Shown here one piece after another: positions 10,033-20,246 of a stretch of 64,000 nucleotides of DNA (positions are counted from its first letter, which is position 1; each line of letters starts with the position of its first letter). The notes under the pieces were generated by a model. That model did no database searches and was not told the DNA's origin. It saw only the letters and a list, made by a program, of their open reading frames with translations. Both the position numbers and the translations under genes were made by a program. The stretch covers positions 253,723 through 317,722 of the IMG/VR virus record IMGVR_UViG_3300037780_000034; one strand, 5' to 3'. This DNA comes from a virus (taxonomy: Duplodnaviria > Caudoviricetes).

Positions 10033-11839
10033 TGATATAAAAAATAAAATATTAGAAATAATAACTAATAATCCCAGACATTATACAAGAATGATTAAGA
10101 GTAATAATGAATTATACAACTGGGTTATTGATAACTCACTTATTGACAATAATATGCCATTATCACATCACATTTATAGTTCTTTATATAATGAAACAAA
10201 TATTTGTGAAAATAATAAAACAAAAAAATTTAAAGATATTATTAGTGGGTTTGGATTTTGTGGTGTAGCAAAAATGTGTGAATGTTGCAAGTTATCTGTT
10301 TCAAAATCAGTTTCAGAAACATTATCAACAAAGACTGAACAAGAAATAAGCGAAATAAGCGAAAAGAGAAAACAGACCAACATAGAAAGATATGGTGTTG
10401 ATAATGTTGGAAAAACTGACATTGCTATAGAAAATCATAAAAAGTTTTATAACAATGCGGTATTAGTTAATGGAGTAAAAGAAAAAATAAAACAAACCAA
10501 TTTGAAAAAATATGGTGTTGAAAATCCTATGAAAAATAGTGATATTGTAAAAAAAGCAAAAGAGACTAATATTGAAAAGTATGGAGTAGAATGCACTTTA
10601 CAATCACCACAAGTAATAGAAAAAACAAAAAATACTTTGTTAGAAAAGTATGGTGTTGAAAATATATTTCAAAATAGTGACATTAAAGACCAAATAAAAT
10701 TAAAAAATATTGAAAAATATGGAACACAACATCCAATGCAGTTGCCTGAAATACGCAACAAAGTAAAAACTACTATTATGAAAAAATATGGAGTAACACA
10801 TAATAAGCATTTTCATATTAGTGAAGATGCATTACATATATTAAATGATAAAACAAAATTTTCTGAGTTTATTAATGATAAACCAGTATATGAAATTTCA
10901 AAAGAATTAGGAGTCCATTCAAGCACTATATATGATTTTATTAATCGTTATGGTGTAAATCATTTGTATCAAAAACGTGGTCTTACTTATCTTGAAAGTG
11001 AAATGAAAGAATTTCTTGATACTCACAATATAACATATGAAATTAATAATAGAACTATTTTAAATGGAAGTGAATTAGACTTTTATATTCCGGATTATGC
11101 TATGGCTATAGAAATGAATGGATTATACTATCATAGTGATATTATAAGACCAGATAAAAATTATCATTATAACAAATGGAAGATTTGCAAGGATAATAAT
11201 ATTCATTTAATTAACGTTTTTGAAGATGATTGGAATTTACAAAAAGAAAAAGTGTGTAATATGTTACTTTCATTTTTTGGCAAAAAAATGTCTGGAATAC
11301 CTGCAAGGAAATCACGTATAGTTAAAATAAGTGGAAAAACTGCAAGACACTTTTTAGATCAATATCATTTACAAGGGTATGTCGGTGGGACACATTATGG
11401 TGCATTTGATAACAATAATAATCTTATTGGGGTTATGACATTTGGCACTACTCGTAATGGCAGATTTGAATTGAAAAGATTTGTTATGGACAACTATAAT
11501 CACCCAGGTTTATTTTCAAAATTATTTAATTATGCACGGTGTGATTTAGAGTTTGATGAAGTAGTAAGTTTCAGTGATAATACTTGTTTTACTGGTAATG
11601 TTTATAAAAAGAATGGATTTAGTTTAGTTGGGATATTAAAACCAGATTATCTTTATCTTGTTGGCAAAACACGTGTTCACAAAAGTAATTATACTAAGCA
11701 AAGAATAAAATCAAAATTTCCAGAATTGTGTGAAGCTATTGATAATGGTATGACTGAACGCGAAGCTATGGACTTTTTGGGAATACCTAGAGTATATGAT
11801 TGTGGAAAATGTGAATGGGTATGGAAAACAAATGTCTGA
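10025..11839 (+). CDS. Hef-like endonuclease 2 (close paralog of 1)
   Basis: Same architecture; ATG at 10025 overlaps the previous ORF by 8 nt; near-identical DNA blocks shared with copy 1. Confidence 0.75.
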   Translation: MTDDIKNKILEIITNNPRHYTRMIKSNNELYNWVIDNSLIDNNMPLSHHIYSSLYNETNICENNKTKKFKDIISGFGFCGVAKMCECCKLSVSKSVSETLSTKTEQEISEISEKRKQTNIERYGVDNVGKTDIAIENHKKFYNNAVLVNGVKEKIKQTNLKKYGVENPMKNSDIVKKAKETNIEKYGVECTLQSPQVIEKTKNTLLEKYGVENIFQNSDIKDQIKLKNIEKYGTQHPMQLPEIRNKVKTTIMKKYGVTHNKHFHISEDALHILNDKTKFSEFINDKPVYEISKELGVHSSTIYDFINRYGVNHLYQKRGLTYLESEMKEFLDTHNITYEINNRTILNGSELDFYIPDYAMAIEMNGLYYHSDIIRPDKNYHYNKWKICKDNNIHLINVFEDDWNLQKEKVCNMLLSFFGKKMSGIPARKSRIVKISGKTARHFLDQYHLQGYVGGTHYGAFDNNNNLIGVMTFGTTRNGRFELKRFVMDNYNHPGLFSKLFNYARCDLEFDEVVSFSDNTCFTGNVYKKNGFSLVGILKPDYLYLVGKTRVHKSNYTKQRIKSKFPELCEAIDNGMTEREAMDFLGIPRVYDCGKCEWVWKTNV

Positions 11840-13286
11840 CGAAATAATACAAAAGATAAAAAATATTATTGTAGAAAATCCTAAAAATTATAGTAAAATA
11901 ATTAAAAAACACAGTGACTTATATAATTGGGTTTTAGAAAACAAAAAAACCGACAATGAAAAAGTATCTGCACAAATATATAGTGCAATACATTCTATAA
12001 GTGATGTGTGCAAGTATAATAAAGTTAAAAAGTTTGATAGATGGTCATCAGGATTTGTAGGATGTGGTCCTGCATCTGTTTGTGATTGCACGAAAGAAAA
12101 TATATCATCTTCTGTAACAAATACAAAGTCAAAGTTAACACTGGACGATATAGAACAATCAAACAACAAAAGAATAAAAACTATGAACGAAAAGTATGGA
12201 GTTTCTTATAATTCACAAAGAGCAGAAGTAAAACCTATATTGAAAAAATCAAAATTATCAAATACCACACATAAAATTCTTAGTGATTATGATTGGTTGT
12301 ATACTGAATACGAAACTAAAAAAAGAACAAGTGTTGATATAGCAAAACAGTTAGATGTTCACAATTCAACTGTTATAGAATATTTAAAAAAGAATGATTT
12401 TCAAATACGTCAATATTCTAATTATTCATTGGAAGAATTAGAGATACAAGATTTTTTAAAAAGTTTGGGTATTGATTTTATAGAAAATGATAGAACTGTT
12501 CTGGATGGAAAAGAATTAGATATTTATATTCCAAATAAAAACATTGCTTTTGAAATAAATGGATTGTATTGGCATTCATATGGAAAAGCAGATATAGAAA
12601 AAACAGATTTTCATTTATATAAAACAGAAAAATGTCAAGAAAAAAGCATAAGTTTGTTACACATTACGGATTGGGAATGGAACAACAAAAATGATATAAT
12701 AAAATCTATAATAAAAACAAAACTAGGATTAAACAAGCGTATACCTGCAAGAAAATGTGTATTGAAACAAATAGATACAAAAGATGCAAAAACATTTTTT
12801 GAAGAGAATCATTTACAAGGATTTATAGGAGCAACTAACTATATAGGATTAATATATGATAACGATCTTGTTATGTGTATGAGTTTTGGAAAAAATAGGT
12901 TTGGAGAAGGAGTTGAACTCTATAGGTTAGCAAGCAAACAAGGTATAACAGTAATTGGCGGTGCAAGCAAAATAATTAAATATTATACAAAAACATATAA
13001 CATAAACAATATAACAACATATTGCGATTATTCTAAATCATATGGAAATGGTTACAGAAAAATGGGGTTTACTTATATGGGAAAAACCAAAGTAAACTAT
13101 TTTTGGACAGATAAAAGAAGTATAATACCAAGATATAAAACGCAGCATAGTAATATAAAAAAAATAATTGGCGATTTATATGATCCAAATTTAAGTGAAC
13201 GTGAAAATATGATGAATGCTGGATTTAGAAGATATTGGGGATGTGGAAATTTAATATTTAAATATAATAAAATATCTGATAAATAA
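11832..13286 (+). CDS. Hef-like endonuclease 3 (diverged paralog)
   Basis: ELDIYIP..AFEINGLYWHS core and IPARKC..ENHLQG..ELYRLAS..YWGCG C-terminal domain; ATG at 11832 overlaps the previous ORF by 8 nt. Confidence 0.75.
   Translation: MSDEIIQKIKNIIVENPKNYSKIIKKHSDLYNWVLENKKTDNEKVSAQIYSAIHSISDVCKYNKVKKFDRWSSGFVGCGPASVCDCTKENISSSVTNTKSKLTLDDIEQSNNKRIKTMNEKYGVSYNSQRAEVKPILKKSKLSNTTHKILSDYDWLYTEYETKKRTSVDIAKQLDVHNSTVIEYLKKNDFQIRQYSNYSLEELEIQDFLKSLGIDFIENDRTVLDGKELDIYIPNKNIAFEINGLYWHSYGKADIEKTDFHLYKTEKCQEKSISLLHITDWEWNNKNDIIKSIIKTKLGLNKRIPARKCVLKQIDTKDAKTFFEENHLQGFIGATNYIGLIYDNDLVMCMSFGKNRFGEGVELYRLASKQGITVIGGASKIIKYYTKTYNINNITTYCDYSKSYGNGYRKMGFTYMGKTKVNYFWTDKRSIIPRYKTQHSNIKKIIGDLYDPNLSERENMMNAGFRRYWGCGNLIFKYNKISDK
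13278..13285 (+). promoter_or_regulatory. Late-promoter variant GATAAATA inside the last codons of endonuclease 3
   Basis: GAT AAA TAA (D-K-stop), 22 nt before the ATG at 13307. Confidence 0.55.
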
Positions 13287-13306
13287 CTTGTATATAGGAG
13301 AATAAT

Positions 13307-13654
13307 ATGTCTTTAGTAACTTATCAGATAAATCAAGTAGTTTCAAAAACAAATGAAATTGAATTTTCATTTTCTGGAAATTTAGTATTACCAAAAGGTG
13401 ACAATGCACAACGTGCAAGTGAACTTATAGGTTCTTTAAGATATAATACAGAAAAACAGGTATTTGAAGCACGTGATGCAAATGGATGGATTCCTATTGG
13501 AAACTTTATATTAAATGAAGATTTAGATACTGGAATAAAAATTGAAAATGGTATTATAAATATATATGAAAACGATACAATAACTGTTTCTATAAGTGAA
13601 GGAACCGTTAATGCAGATTTGTTTGTTGGAAAAATTGATGGTGGGACTTATTAA
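13307..13654 (+). CDS. Small virion structural protein (hypothetical)
   Basis: GGAG RBS; LPKGDNAQR..GSLRYNTE and IDGGTY motifs typical of phage fibre/baseplate proteins. Confidence 0.65.
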   Translation: MSLVTYQINQVVSKTNEIEFSFSGNLVLPKGDNAQRASELIGSLRYNTEKQVFEARDANGWIPIGNFILNEDLDTGIKIENGIINIYENDTITVSISEGTVNADLFVGKIDGGTY

Positions 13655-13655
13655 A

Positions 13656-13663
13656 TATAAATA
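13656..13663 (+). promoter_or_regulatory. Late promoter TATAAATA
   Basis: Exact match upstream of 13696. Confidence 0.7.
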
Positions 13664-13695
13664 CTATAAATGCTAAAATAATAGGATAAAAAATT

Positions 13696-16600
13696 ATGTC
13701 ATCACAAATTATTCAAAAACAATCTAATGTTAGCGGAAAAATTCCATTATTAAGTGATTTACAATCAGGTGAATTTGCTGTTAACACTTATGACGGAAAA
13801 ATATTTTTAAAACAAATTAAAGAATATTATGATGATACTCTCCAAGAAACAGTTAATGAAGAAAAAATAATAGAATTTACTTCTTCTATTCCAGTAGAAA
13901 ATACAATATATGTTCAAAAAGCTGGTGATGATAATAATGATGGAAAAACTTGGAGTTCATCATTTTTAACAATTGAAGCTGCTATTCGGGAAGCAGAAAG
14001 ACGCAATAGTTTAACACTTATACAAATTGGTCCCGGTGTATATACTACAAAAGGACATATAGATGTTCCAGATAATACGGTAATTCAAGCTACGCATAGA
14101 ACTGTGTTTGTTAAACCAGAGACAGGATATGAAGAAAGAAACGTATTTAGATTGGGATCAGGTTGCTTTTTAGAAGGTATTGTTTTTGAAAATTGGCGTC
14201 TTGATGATTTAGACAATCCAACCGAAGGGTTTGCTGTGTGTTTCAGACCCGGTGCAAAAATAACACGTGTTCCTTATGCTCATAAGATTGCAGTAAGAAC
14301 TCCTCCATATTGGTCAACCATTGCTCCCCCATTAGACAGACTAAATGGAAATCCATTAGTAGGGCGTGGCGCTGGTGTTGCATTAGCAGATGCAAGTGTG
14401 TTAGACCCAGATTCAATATTTCCAAACATTATGACTTGGGGTGCTACCCCAGTTTCACATAATGGCATTGGATATTGTGCAAAAAATGGTGGATTGATCA
14501 ATGCTGTTAACGCTATTAGCTTATGGGCACACAAACACTTTTTAGCCATAGATGGTGGACAAATAATTCTTTCATCTTGTTCAACACAATTTGGCGATTA
14601 TACTATGGTTTCACAAGGAACCAGAAATTTAATAAATCCATACAGCGTAGAAGATGACAATATAGTTCTTGTTGTTGATGAAGGGTCTGCAAATTTAGTA
14701 AATCTTGCAACAAATGCAGTTATACAAGATTTGTTAACAGAGTTACAATCACAAAGTTTTACAACAAACTGGCCAACTGAATATTTAACATTAACAGAAC
14801 GTGATTCAGAATTATTTTTTCAATCGTTGGTTTGGGTATTGAGAACTGCCAATGAAAGACCTATGTTGGATTTTGCCAAAGGGTTCTTTGATACAAATGG
14901 AAATAGAGCATTTACTGATATAAATTATAACTATGATAAATGCTATCGTGATACACAATTAATAACTGATGCAATAAGATATGATGTTCTTTTTGGAACT
15001 AACTATAGAAGTATAAATGCAGCATTGGCATATTATCGTGCAAATTCAAGTGAAGTTATAACTACACAATTAGAAAATACACTACTTGCAATACAAAAAC
15101 AAAAAGAAATTACTGCCTCATATCTTGAAGGCAATTCATTAACAAGATCAAATGCATTATTTGACGAAATATTAAATATATTAGAGAATGGTGAATCTTC
15201 AGCAAGTGCTTATTCGTTAACAGACCCAACAGATTATGATGTTGGTTTTTTCAATGCAAGAAGACTTTTAGTATCTAACAAAACATTCATTCAAGATGAA
15301 ATTGATGCTTGGATAGCAGATCAAATAGCAAATGAAATTTCTCCGTTTACAAGTGGATTTACATATGATGTAGCAGCTTGTAGGCGTGATGTAGGATTAA
15401 TAGTAGATGCGCTTCGTTATGACCTAACATATGGTGGAAATTTAGAAACATATAATGCTGCTATAGCATATTTTGTTGGAGCTACTTCGCAATTAGGTGC
15501 TGGTGAAAAACAAGCAACTCTTGCAGCGTATCAAAGATTAAAAGATATAATTGGTGATATTTTACAAGGAATTAGTATAACACCTTCTACAAATAATGTC
15601 ACAGTTCAAGATATTTCAGGAACTGCTGGAAGCTTAGAAGCAGCAACATTTGCTCAAACCAGAATTCAAGAAATATCAGATACAATTGATTCTGATGGAA
15701 CTCCACCAACAGTTTTAATACCAGAACTATCTTGGCCAGATGATGAATATAATTTATCTTATTATATCTTGACTGAAAACACTATAAAAATATCAAAAGC
15801 TGTTATGGATTATTTAAGCACAATATACACAGACTATAATTATGATAAATGCTATCGTGATGTGTTGTTAATAAATGAAGCTGTTGCATATGATGTATTG
15901 TTTAATAGTAATTATAGATCAATAAATTCTGCATTATCTTACTACAGACAAAATGCAAATAAAGTTATTAATAGTCAAAAAGCAATAACTATACAAGCTA
16001 TAGAACGTCAACAACAAACTCTTGTTTCATTGTTGTCTGACGGAGATTCAATAACAAGAGCAAACGCATTGTTTACTGAGATATTGAATATCTTGAATAA
16101 CGGAGCAGAAAACGCAAGTTCTTATTTCTTAAATGACCCAACTGGTTACAATACTACATTTTTAATTGGGTATGGAAATGCAAGACAACAGCTTGTTGAT
16201 AACAAAACCTTCATTCAAGATGAAATTGATGCTTGGATAGCAGATCAAGTAGCAAACAATATTTCTCCATTTACTACTAGCTTTACCTATGATGAAGCGG
16301 CCTGTAGACGTGATGTTGGATTAATAATAGATGCACTTCGTTATGATCTAACATATGGTGGAAATTTAGAAACATATAATGCTGCTGTTGCCTATTTTCT
16401 GGGCAATATATCTCAATTGGGTTCTGGTGAAATACAACCAACTGTTGCAACTTATAATTATCTCAAAACAATATTGAGTGATATTTTAGTTAATGTAACA
16501 ATAACACCAACAACTGGAAATACTACACTACAAACTACAGGTGGACTTGTAGGTTCACAAGAAGCAGTTACTTTCACATTATCAAGAATAGATGATATTA

Positions 16601-17181
16601 TAGGATCAATAACAACACTAAGTGCACCCACTAGAATTTTACCAAATACTAGTTGGCCTGCGTCAAACTATATTTCATCATTTAATACAATACTTGGAAA
16701 TACCAATGTTATTGCCACCGATGTATTAAAGTATATAAATGTAGAGAATAAATCACTTTTGGGAGCATTTATATTTTCTTGGGAATATATTCGTGATGAA
16801 TTAGTATCTATAGTTGGTATATCTGCAGGTTCTATAACCATCATAAACGCATTAGTAGATTCGCTAATAAGAACTATATTAAATCCTAATAAAATAAGTG
16901 AACCTTCAACTATAACTGCAATAGGACATACTTGGAGTGGAATTATGTCAGGAGTTGCACTTACTAAAATACCTCCCGCAAGAAACCAAAATAGTATACA
17001 GGAAAGTATTTTAGAACTTGACAGAGGCGTAGTTATAGCAAGCGGTCAAGATGATCAAGGTTCTGCATTATTCATTGGTGGAATGGAAATAAATGCAGAT
17101 ACTGGTGAATTATCTGGACCACCCTTTGATACAGCAGTCAATAGAATAGCAACAAGAGCAGCAATCGCAAGGAGTTTTTAA
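13696..17181 (+). CDS. Large virion structural protein with beta-helix-like domain and an internal ~300-aa duplication
   Basis: N-terminal GKIP..SDLQSGEFAVNTYDGKIF; YVQKAGDDNNDG..FLTIEAA (pectin-lyase-like start); two YNYDKCYRD...ACRRDVGLI.DALRYDLTYGGN units. Confidence 0.7.
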   Translation: MSSQIIQKQSNVSGKIPLLSDLQSGEFAVNTYDGKIFLKQIKEYYDDTLQETVNEEKIIEFTSSIPVENTIYVQKAGDDNNDGKTWSSSFLTIEAAIREAERRNSLTLIQIGPGVYTTKGHIDVPDNTVIQATHRTVFVKPETGYEERNVFRLGSGCFLEGIVFENWRLDDLDNPTEGFAVCFRPGAKITRVPYAHKIAVRTPPYWSTIAPPLDRLNGNPLVGRGAGVALADASVLDPDSIFPNIMTWGATPVSHNGIGYCAKNGGLINAVNAISLWAHKHFLAIDGGQIILSSCSTQFGDYTMVSQGTRNLINPYSVEDDNIVLVVDEGSANLVNLATNAVIQDLLTELQSQSFTTNWPTEYLTLTERDSELFFQSLVWVLRTANERPMLDFAKGFFDTNGNRAFTDINYNYDKCYRDTQLITDAIRYDVLFGTNYRSINAALAYYRANSSEVITTQLENTLLAIQKQKEITASYLEGNSLTRSNALFDEILNILENGESSASAYSLTDPTDYDVGFFNARRLLVSNKTFIQDEIDAWIADQIANEISPFTSGFTYDVAACRRDVGLIVDALRYDLTYGGNLETYNAAIAYFVGATSQLGAGEKQATLAAYQRLKDIIGDILQGISITPSTNNVTVQDISGTAGSLEAATFAQTRIQEISDTIDSDGTPPTVLIPELSWPDDEYNLSYYILTENTIKISKAVMDYLSTIYTDYNYDKCYRDVLLINEAVAYDVLFNSNYRSINSALSYYRQNANKVINSQKAITIQAIERQQQTLVSLLSDGDSITRANALFTEILNILNNGAENASSYFLNDPTGYNTTFLIGYGNARQQLVDNKTFIQDEIDAWIADQVANNISPFTTSFTYDEAACRRDVGLIIDALRYDLTYGGNLETYNAAVAYFLGNISQLGSGEIQPTVATYNYLKTILSDILVNVTITPTTGNTTLQTTGGLVGSQEAVTFTLSRIDDIIGSITTLSAPTRILPNTSWPASNYISSFNTILGNTNVIATDVLKYINVENKSLLGAFIFSWEYIRDELVSIVGISAGSITIINALVDSLIRTILNPNKISEPSTITAIGHTWSGIMSGVALTKIPPARNQNSIQESILELDRGVVIASGQDDQGSALFIGGMEINADTGELSGPPFDTAVNRIATRAAIARSF

Positions 17182-17184
17182 GAA

Positions 17185-17649
17185 ATGGCTAGAATTACGT
17201 GCCGCACACCGTCTACTGGTAGACCAATATATGCAAAATTAAATGATGTTCCAACAACATTTACAACAGTTATTGAACCACCTGATTTTTCTATTCCGGA
17301 TACATCAAACAGATTTACCACACGTGATCCGCTTGATACTTCACGTGCAATAAGACCTGGAGAAATATTTTTCCTTACACCTTTAGCTGTTAAAAATAAA
17401 ACAAGCACAACAAGATGGATTGAAGTTATTTTGCTTAGTGAAGATGGAACTACAATAGAAATTGCAAAAGTGTATGTCCCAAAAGAAGATACCGCATTTA
17501 TTCCACTTCAAGGTAGAAGTATATTTAAAAGAAATGCAAATGCTGCAAACGGAGACAGAATACAAATTCGTGCAGAAACATCAAATACATTTGATATATG
17601 GGTATCCGCAGAAGAAAAACCATCTAATGAGCATATCGGAGTAGAATAA
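17185..17649 (+). CDS. Hypothetical structural protein
   Basis: 154 aa, beta-rich, tightly coupled within the late operon. Confidence 0.65.
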   Translation: MARITCRTPSTGRPIYAKLNDVPTTFTTVIEPPDFSIPDTSNRFTTRDPLDTSRAIRPGEIFFLTPLAVKNKTSTTRWIEVILLSEDGTTIEIAKVYVPKEDTAFIPLQGRSIFKRNANAANGDRIQIRAETSNTFDIWVSAEEKPSNEHIGVE

Positions 17650-17651
17650 TA

Positions 17652-18413
17652 ATGACAAAATTATTATCAGATAGAATAAGAAAAACTCCAAGCACAGAAG
17701 CAGACCCGGAACGTTACGAATTTATTAGTTTGAGTAATGCTGAACCTGACCTTGGGGTTCCTCAATCTGATAACCAAACTTTATATTCTTTGCTTGATGG
17801 AACAAGATATTGGGGAAATCCAGTAGGTTTTACGGGATCAACTGGATACGATGGTTCCCAAGGATACACTGGTTCTAATGCCGAAATAGAAAGTGATGAT
17901 TCTATTGATGGTGTAGGAACAGTGGCAAGCCCATTAAGTGTAGTTAAGTTTGCAAGTCCAGTAGATATATCACTATCAGGAGAGGTTAGTGGAACCGTTA
18001 GCTTTGATGGTTCACAAAATGTTGATATAGTAACAAGTGTTAATAGTATAACAACTATAACAAAAACATTAACTATAACACAAGACTGGCAAGATTTAGG
18101 AATAAATGGAACTGATTTGGAAAACGGAACATATGCAATACAATTGTATGCAAATGATGTCACCAGTGGTGGAGAAAGTATTAAAGAATATCATAGTGGT
18201 ATAATGAGTTGGTTTTCAGAACCTATTACACAAAGTATTGTATTACCAAATGATGAAATTATTTTACATCGCGCAGGAGGCGGAGGAACTGGAATAATAT
18301 ATTTAAGAACATTTCGCTCAGATATTAACGATATATTAAAGCTACAAATAAGCGCATCTTATATAGCTAGTGGTTCGTCAAATTATGTTATAAAACTAAG
18401 AAAAATAATATAA
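17652..18413 (+). CDS. Fibre-associated protein with a GFTGS/GYTGS collagen-like stretch
   Basis: GFTGSTGYDGSQGYTGS; ISLSGEVSGTVSFDGSQNVDI motif shared with the next gene. Confidence 0.6.
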   Translation: MTKLLSDRIRKTPSTEADPERYEFISLSNAEPDLGVPQSDNQTLYSLLDGTRYWGNPVGFTGSTGYDGSQGYTGSNAEIESDDSIDGVGTVASPLSVVKFASPVDISLSGEVSGTVSFDGSQNVDIVTSVNSITTITKTLTITQDWQDLGINGTDLENGTYAIQLYANDVTSGGESIKEYHSGIMSWFSEPITQSIVLPNDEIILHRAGGGGTGIIYLRTFRSDINDILKLQISASYIASGSSNYVIKLRKII

Positions 18414-18416
18414 ATA
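18409..18416 (+). promoter_or_regulatory. Late promoter TATAAATA overlapping the upstream stop codon
   Basis: Exact match 23 nt before the ATG at 18439. Confidence 0.7.
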
Positions 18417-18438
18417 AGATATATTAGGAGAATTTTAT

Positions 18439-20244
18439 ATGGCATTCAAGATTAAAGACGGTATTAAGATTTCTAGTGTTGACGTTTTTAACAACAGCGG
18501 TGAACTATTAGTTAATGCCCCAACTGCATCAAAATTACTAACTGCAAGAACAATAAGTTTAAGCGGTGATGCTTCAGGAAGTGTAAGTTTTGATGGATCA
18601 CAAAATGCAGACATAGTAGTTACTATAACTGGTTTAGACACTGGCGGCGGCGGTGATCCTACATTTACAAGTGATTTGGTAGGTGATGTTTACGCAAGTA
18701 ACGGAACAAGTAAAATATTAGAAAACGGAACAAACGGGACCGATGCGGTATTTACAGGAAGTTTGATAGGAAATGCATCTACTGCAAGTGCTTGGCAAAC
18801 TGCGAGAACTGTAACTTTTGCAACAGGTGATGTTACTGGTAATTTTACAATTGATGGTTCTGCAAATGTTGGTGACATTGCATTAACTCTTGTAAATGAT
18901 AGTATTACTATAGGAACAACAACAATTGCATTGGGAACAACACAAACTTCTCTTGCTGGTTTAACAGAATTAACTGTTGATGATTTAAACTTTAATGGCA
19001 ATACAATTTCTTCTACCAATGATGGTATAACCCTCACGCCAGCAAGTGGAAGTTCTGTTGACGTAAGTGGTAGAAAAATTACAAGTGTTGCAACACCAAC
19101 TAATGCAACTGATGCTGCAAACAAACAATATGTTGACAATGTTGCACAAGGTATAAATGCATTACCAAGTGCAGATGTAGCAACTACTGCAAATTTAACA
19201 GCAACTTATAATCACGCTGCTGGAACATTAACTGCTACCGCAAATGGAGCATTTCCTGTAACAGATGGATACACTGTTCTACTAAATGACAATGTGTTGG
19301 TCAAAGATCAAACAAATGCATATGAAAATGGAAGTTATATTTTAACAACTGTTGGTGATACAGGAACACCTTGGGTATTGACCCGTGCTGAATTCTTTAA
19401 TGAAGAAAGCGAAATTGAAGGCGGATTTGAATTTGTTACAAACGGCACACTTTACATAAACACTGGATGGGTAGCTACTATACCAAGTGACTTCATTTTT
19501 GGTAGCACAGATGCATCTGCCGATAATGGATTTACAACAAAAGGTGATATAGTTTGGGTTCAATTTAGTGGTGCAGGAACATATGTTGCAGGATTAGGGT
19601 TAGACCTTAACGGAAACGAATTTAGTCTAAGTCATTTAGGAATAGAAGACTTAGTTGATCCAAATGCAGATAGTATTATTTTCTGGGATGACAGTGCTAA
19701 TAAAACTGATTGGCTTACTATAGGAACAGGATTAGCTATAACTGGAACAACTATCAATAATACACAACTTGCTTTCCAAAATATTGCAGTTAGTGGCCAA
19801 GATACCGTTGTTGCAGACACTGTAAACGATACGCTTACATTGGTTGCTGGTGATAATATCACTATAACTACAAACGCAGGAAGTGACAGTATTACCATTA
19901 GTAGCACAAACTCATTTGCTGGTGATACCGCATTTGATGATATTGTAGTTAATGGTATTACAACAACTTCACCAACAGTTATTGATAGTTTTGCTTTGGC
20001 TACGTATCGTTCTGCAAAATATTATGTTCAAGTATCACAAGGAAGTAATTTCCAAATAAGTGAACTTATGACAATTCACGATGGAACCACTACTTATGAT
20101 ACTGAATTCGCAGTATTGGAAACACTTGGAGAATTAGGAACATTAACTACCGCAGTAAATGGTGCAAATATAGAATTACGTATAACTATGGGAACAACCA
20201 CAAGTGCAAATGTAAGAATAAAAAGATTGCTATTTGAGGTATAA
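18439..20244 (+). CDS. Tail fibre / baseplate-associated structural protein
   Basis: T/G/A-rich; ARTISLSGDASGSVSFDGS, PTNATDAANKQYVD, VLVKDQT..ENGSY; C-terminal YRSAKYYVQ domain. Confidence 0.7.
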   Translation: MAFKIKDGIKISSVDVFNNSGELLVNAPTASKLLTARTISLSGDASGSVSFDGSQNADIVVTITGLDTGGGGDPTFTSDLVGDVYASNGTSKILENGTNGTDAVFTGSLIGNASTASAWQTARTVTFATGDVTGNFTIDGSANVGDIALTLVNDSITIGTTTIALGTTQTSLAGLTELTVDDLNFNGNTISSTNDGITLTPASGSSVDVSGRKITSVATPTNATDAANKQYVDNVAQGINALPSADVATTANLTATYNHAAGTLTATANGAFPVTDGYTVLLNDNVLVKDQTNAYENGSYILTTVGDTGTPWVLTRAEFFNEESEIEGGFEFVTNGTLYINTGWVATIPSDFIFGSTDASADNGFTTKGDIVWVQFSGAGTYVAGLGLDLNGNEFSLSHLGIEDLVDPNADSIIFWDDSANKTDWLTIGTGLAITGTTINNTQLAFQNIAVSGQDTVVADTVNDTLTLVAGDNITITTNAGSDSITISSTNSFAGDTAFDDIVVNGITTTSPTVIDSFALATYRSAKYYVQVSQGSNFQISELMTIHDGTTTYDTEFAVLETLGELGTLTTAVNGANIELRITMGTTTSANVRIKRLLFEV

Positions 20245-20246
20245 TA

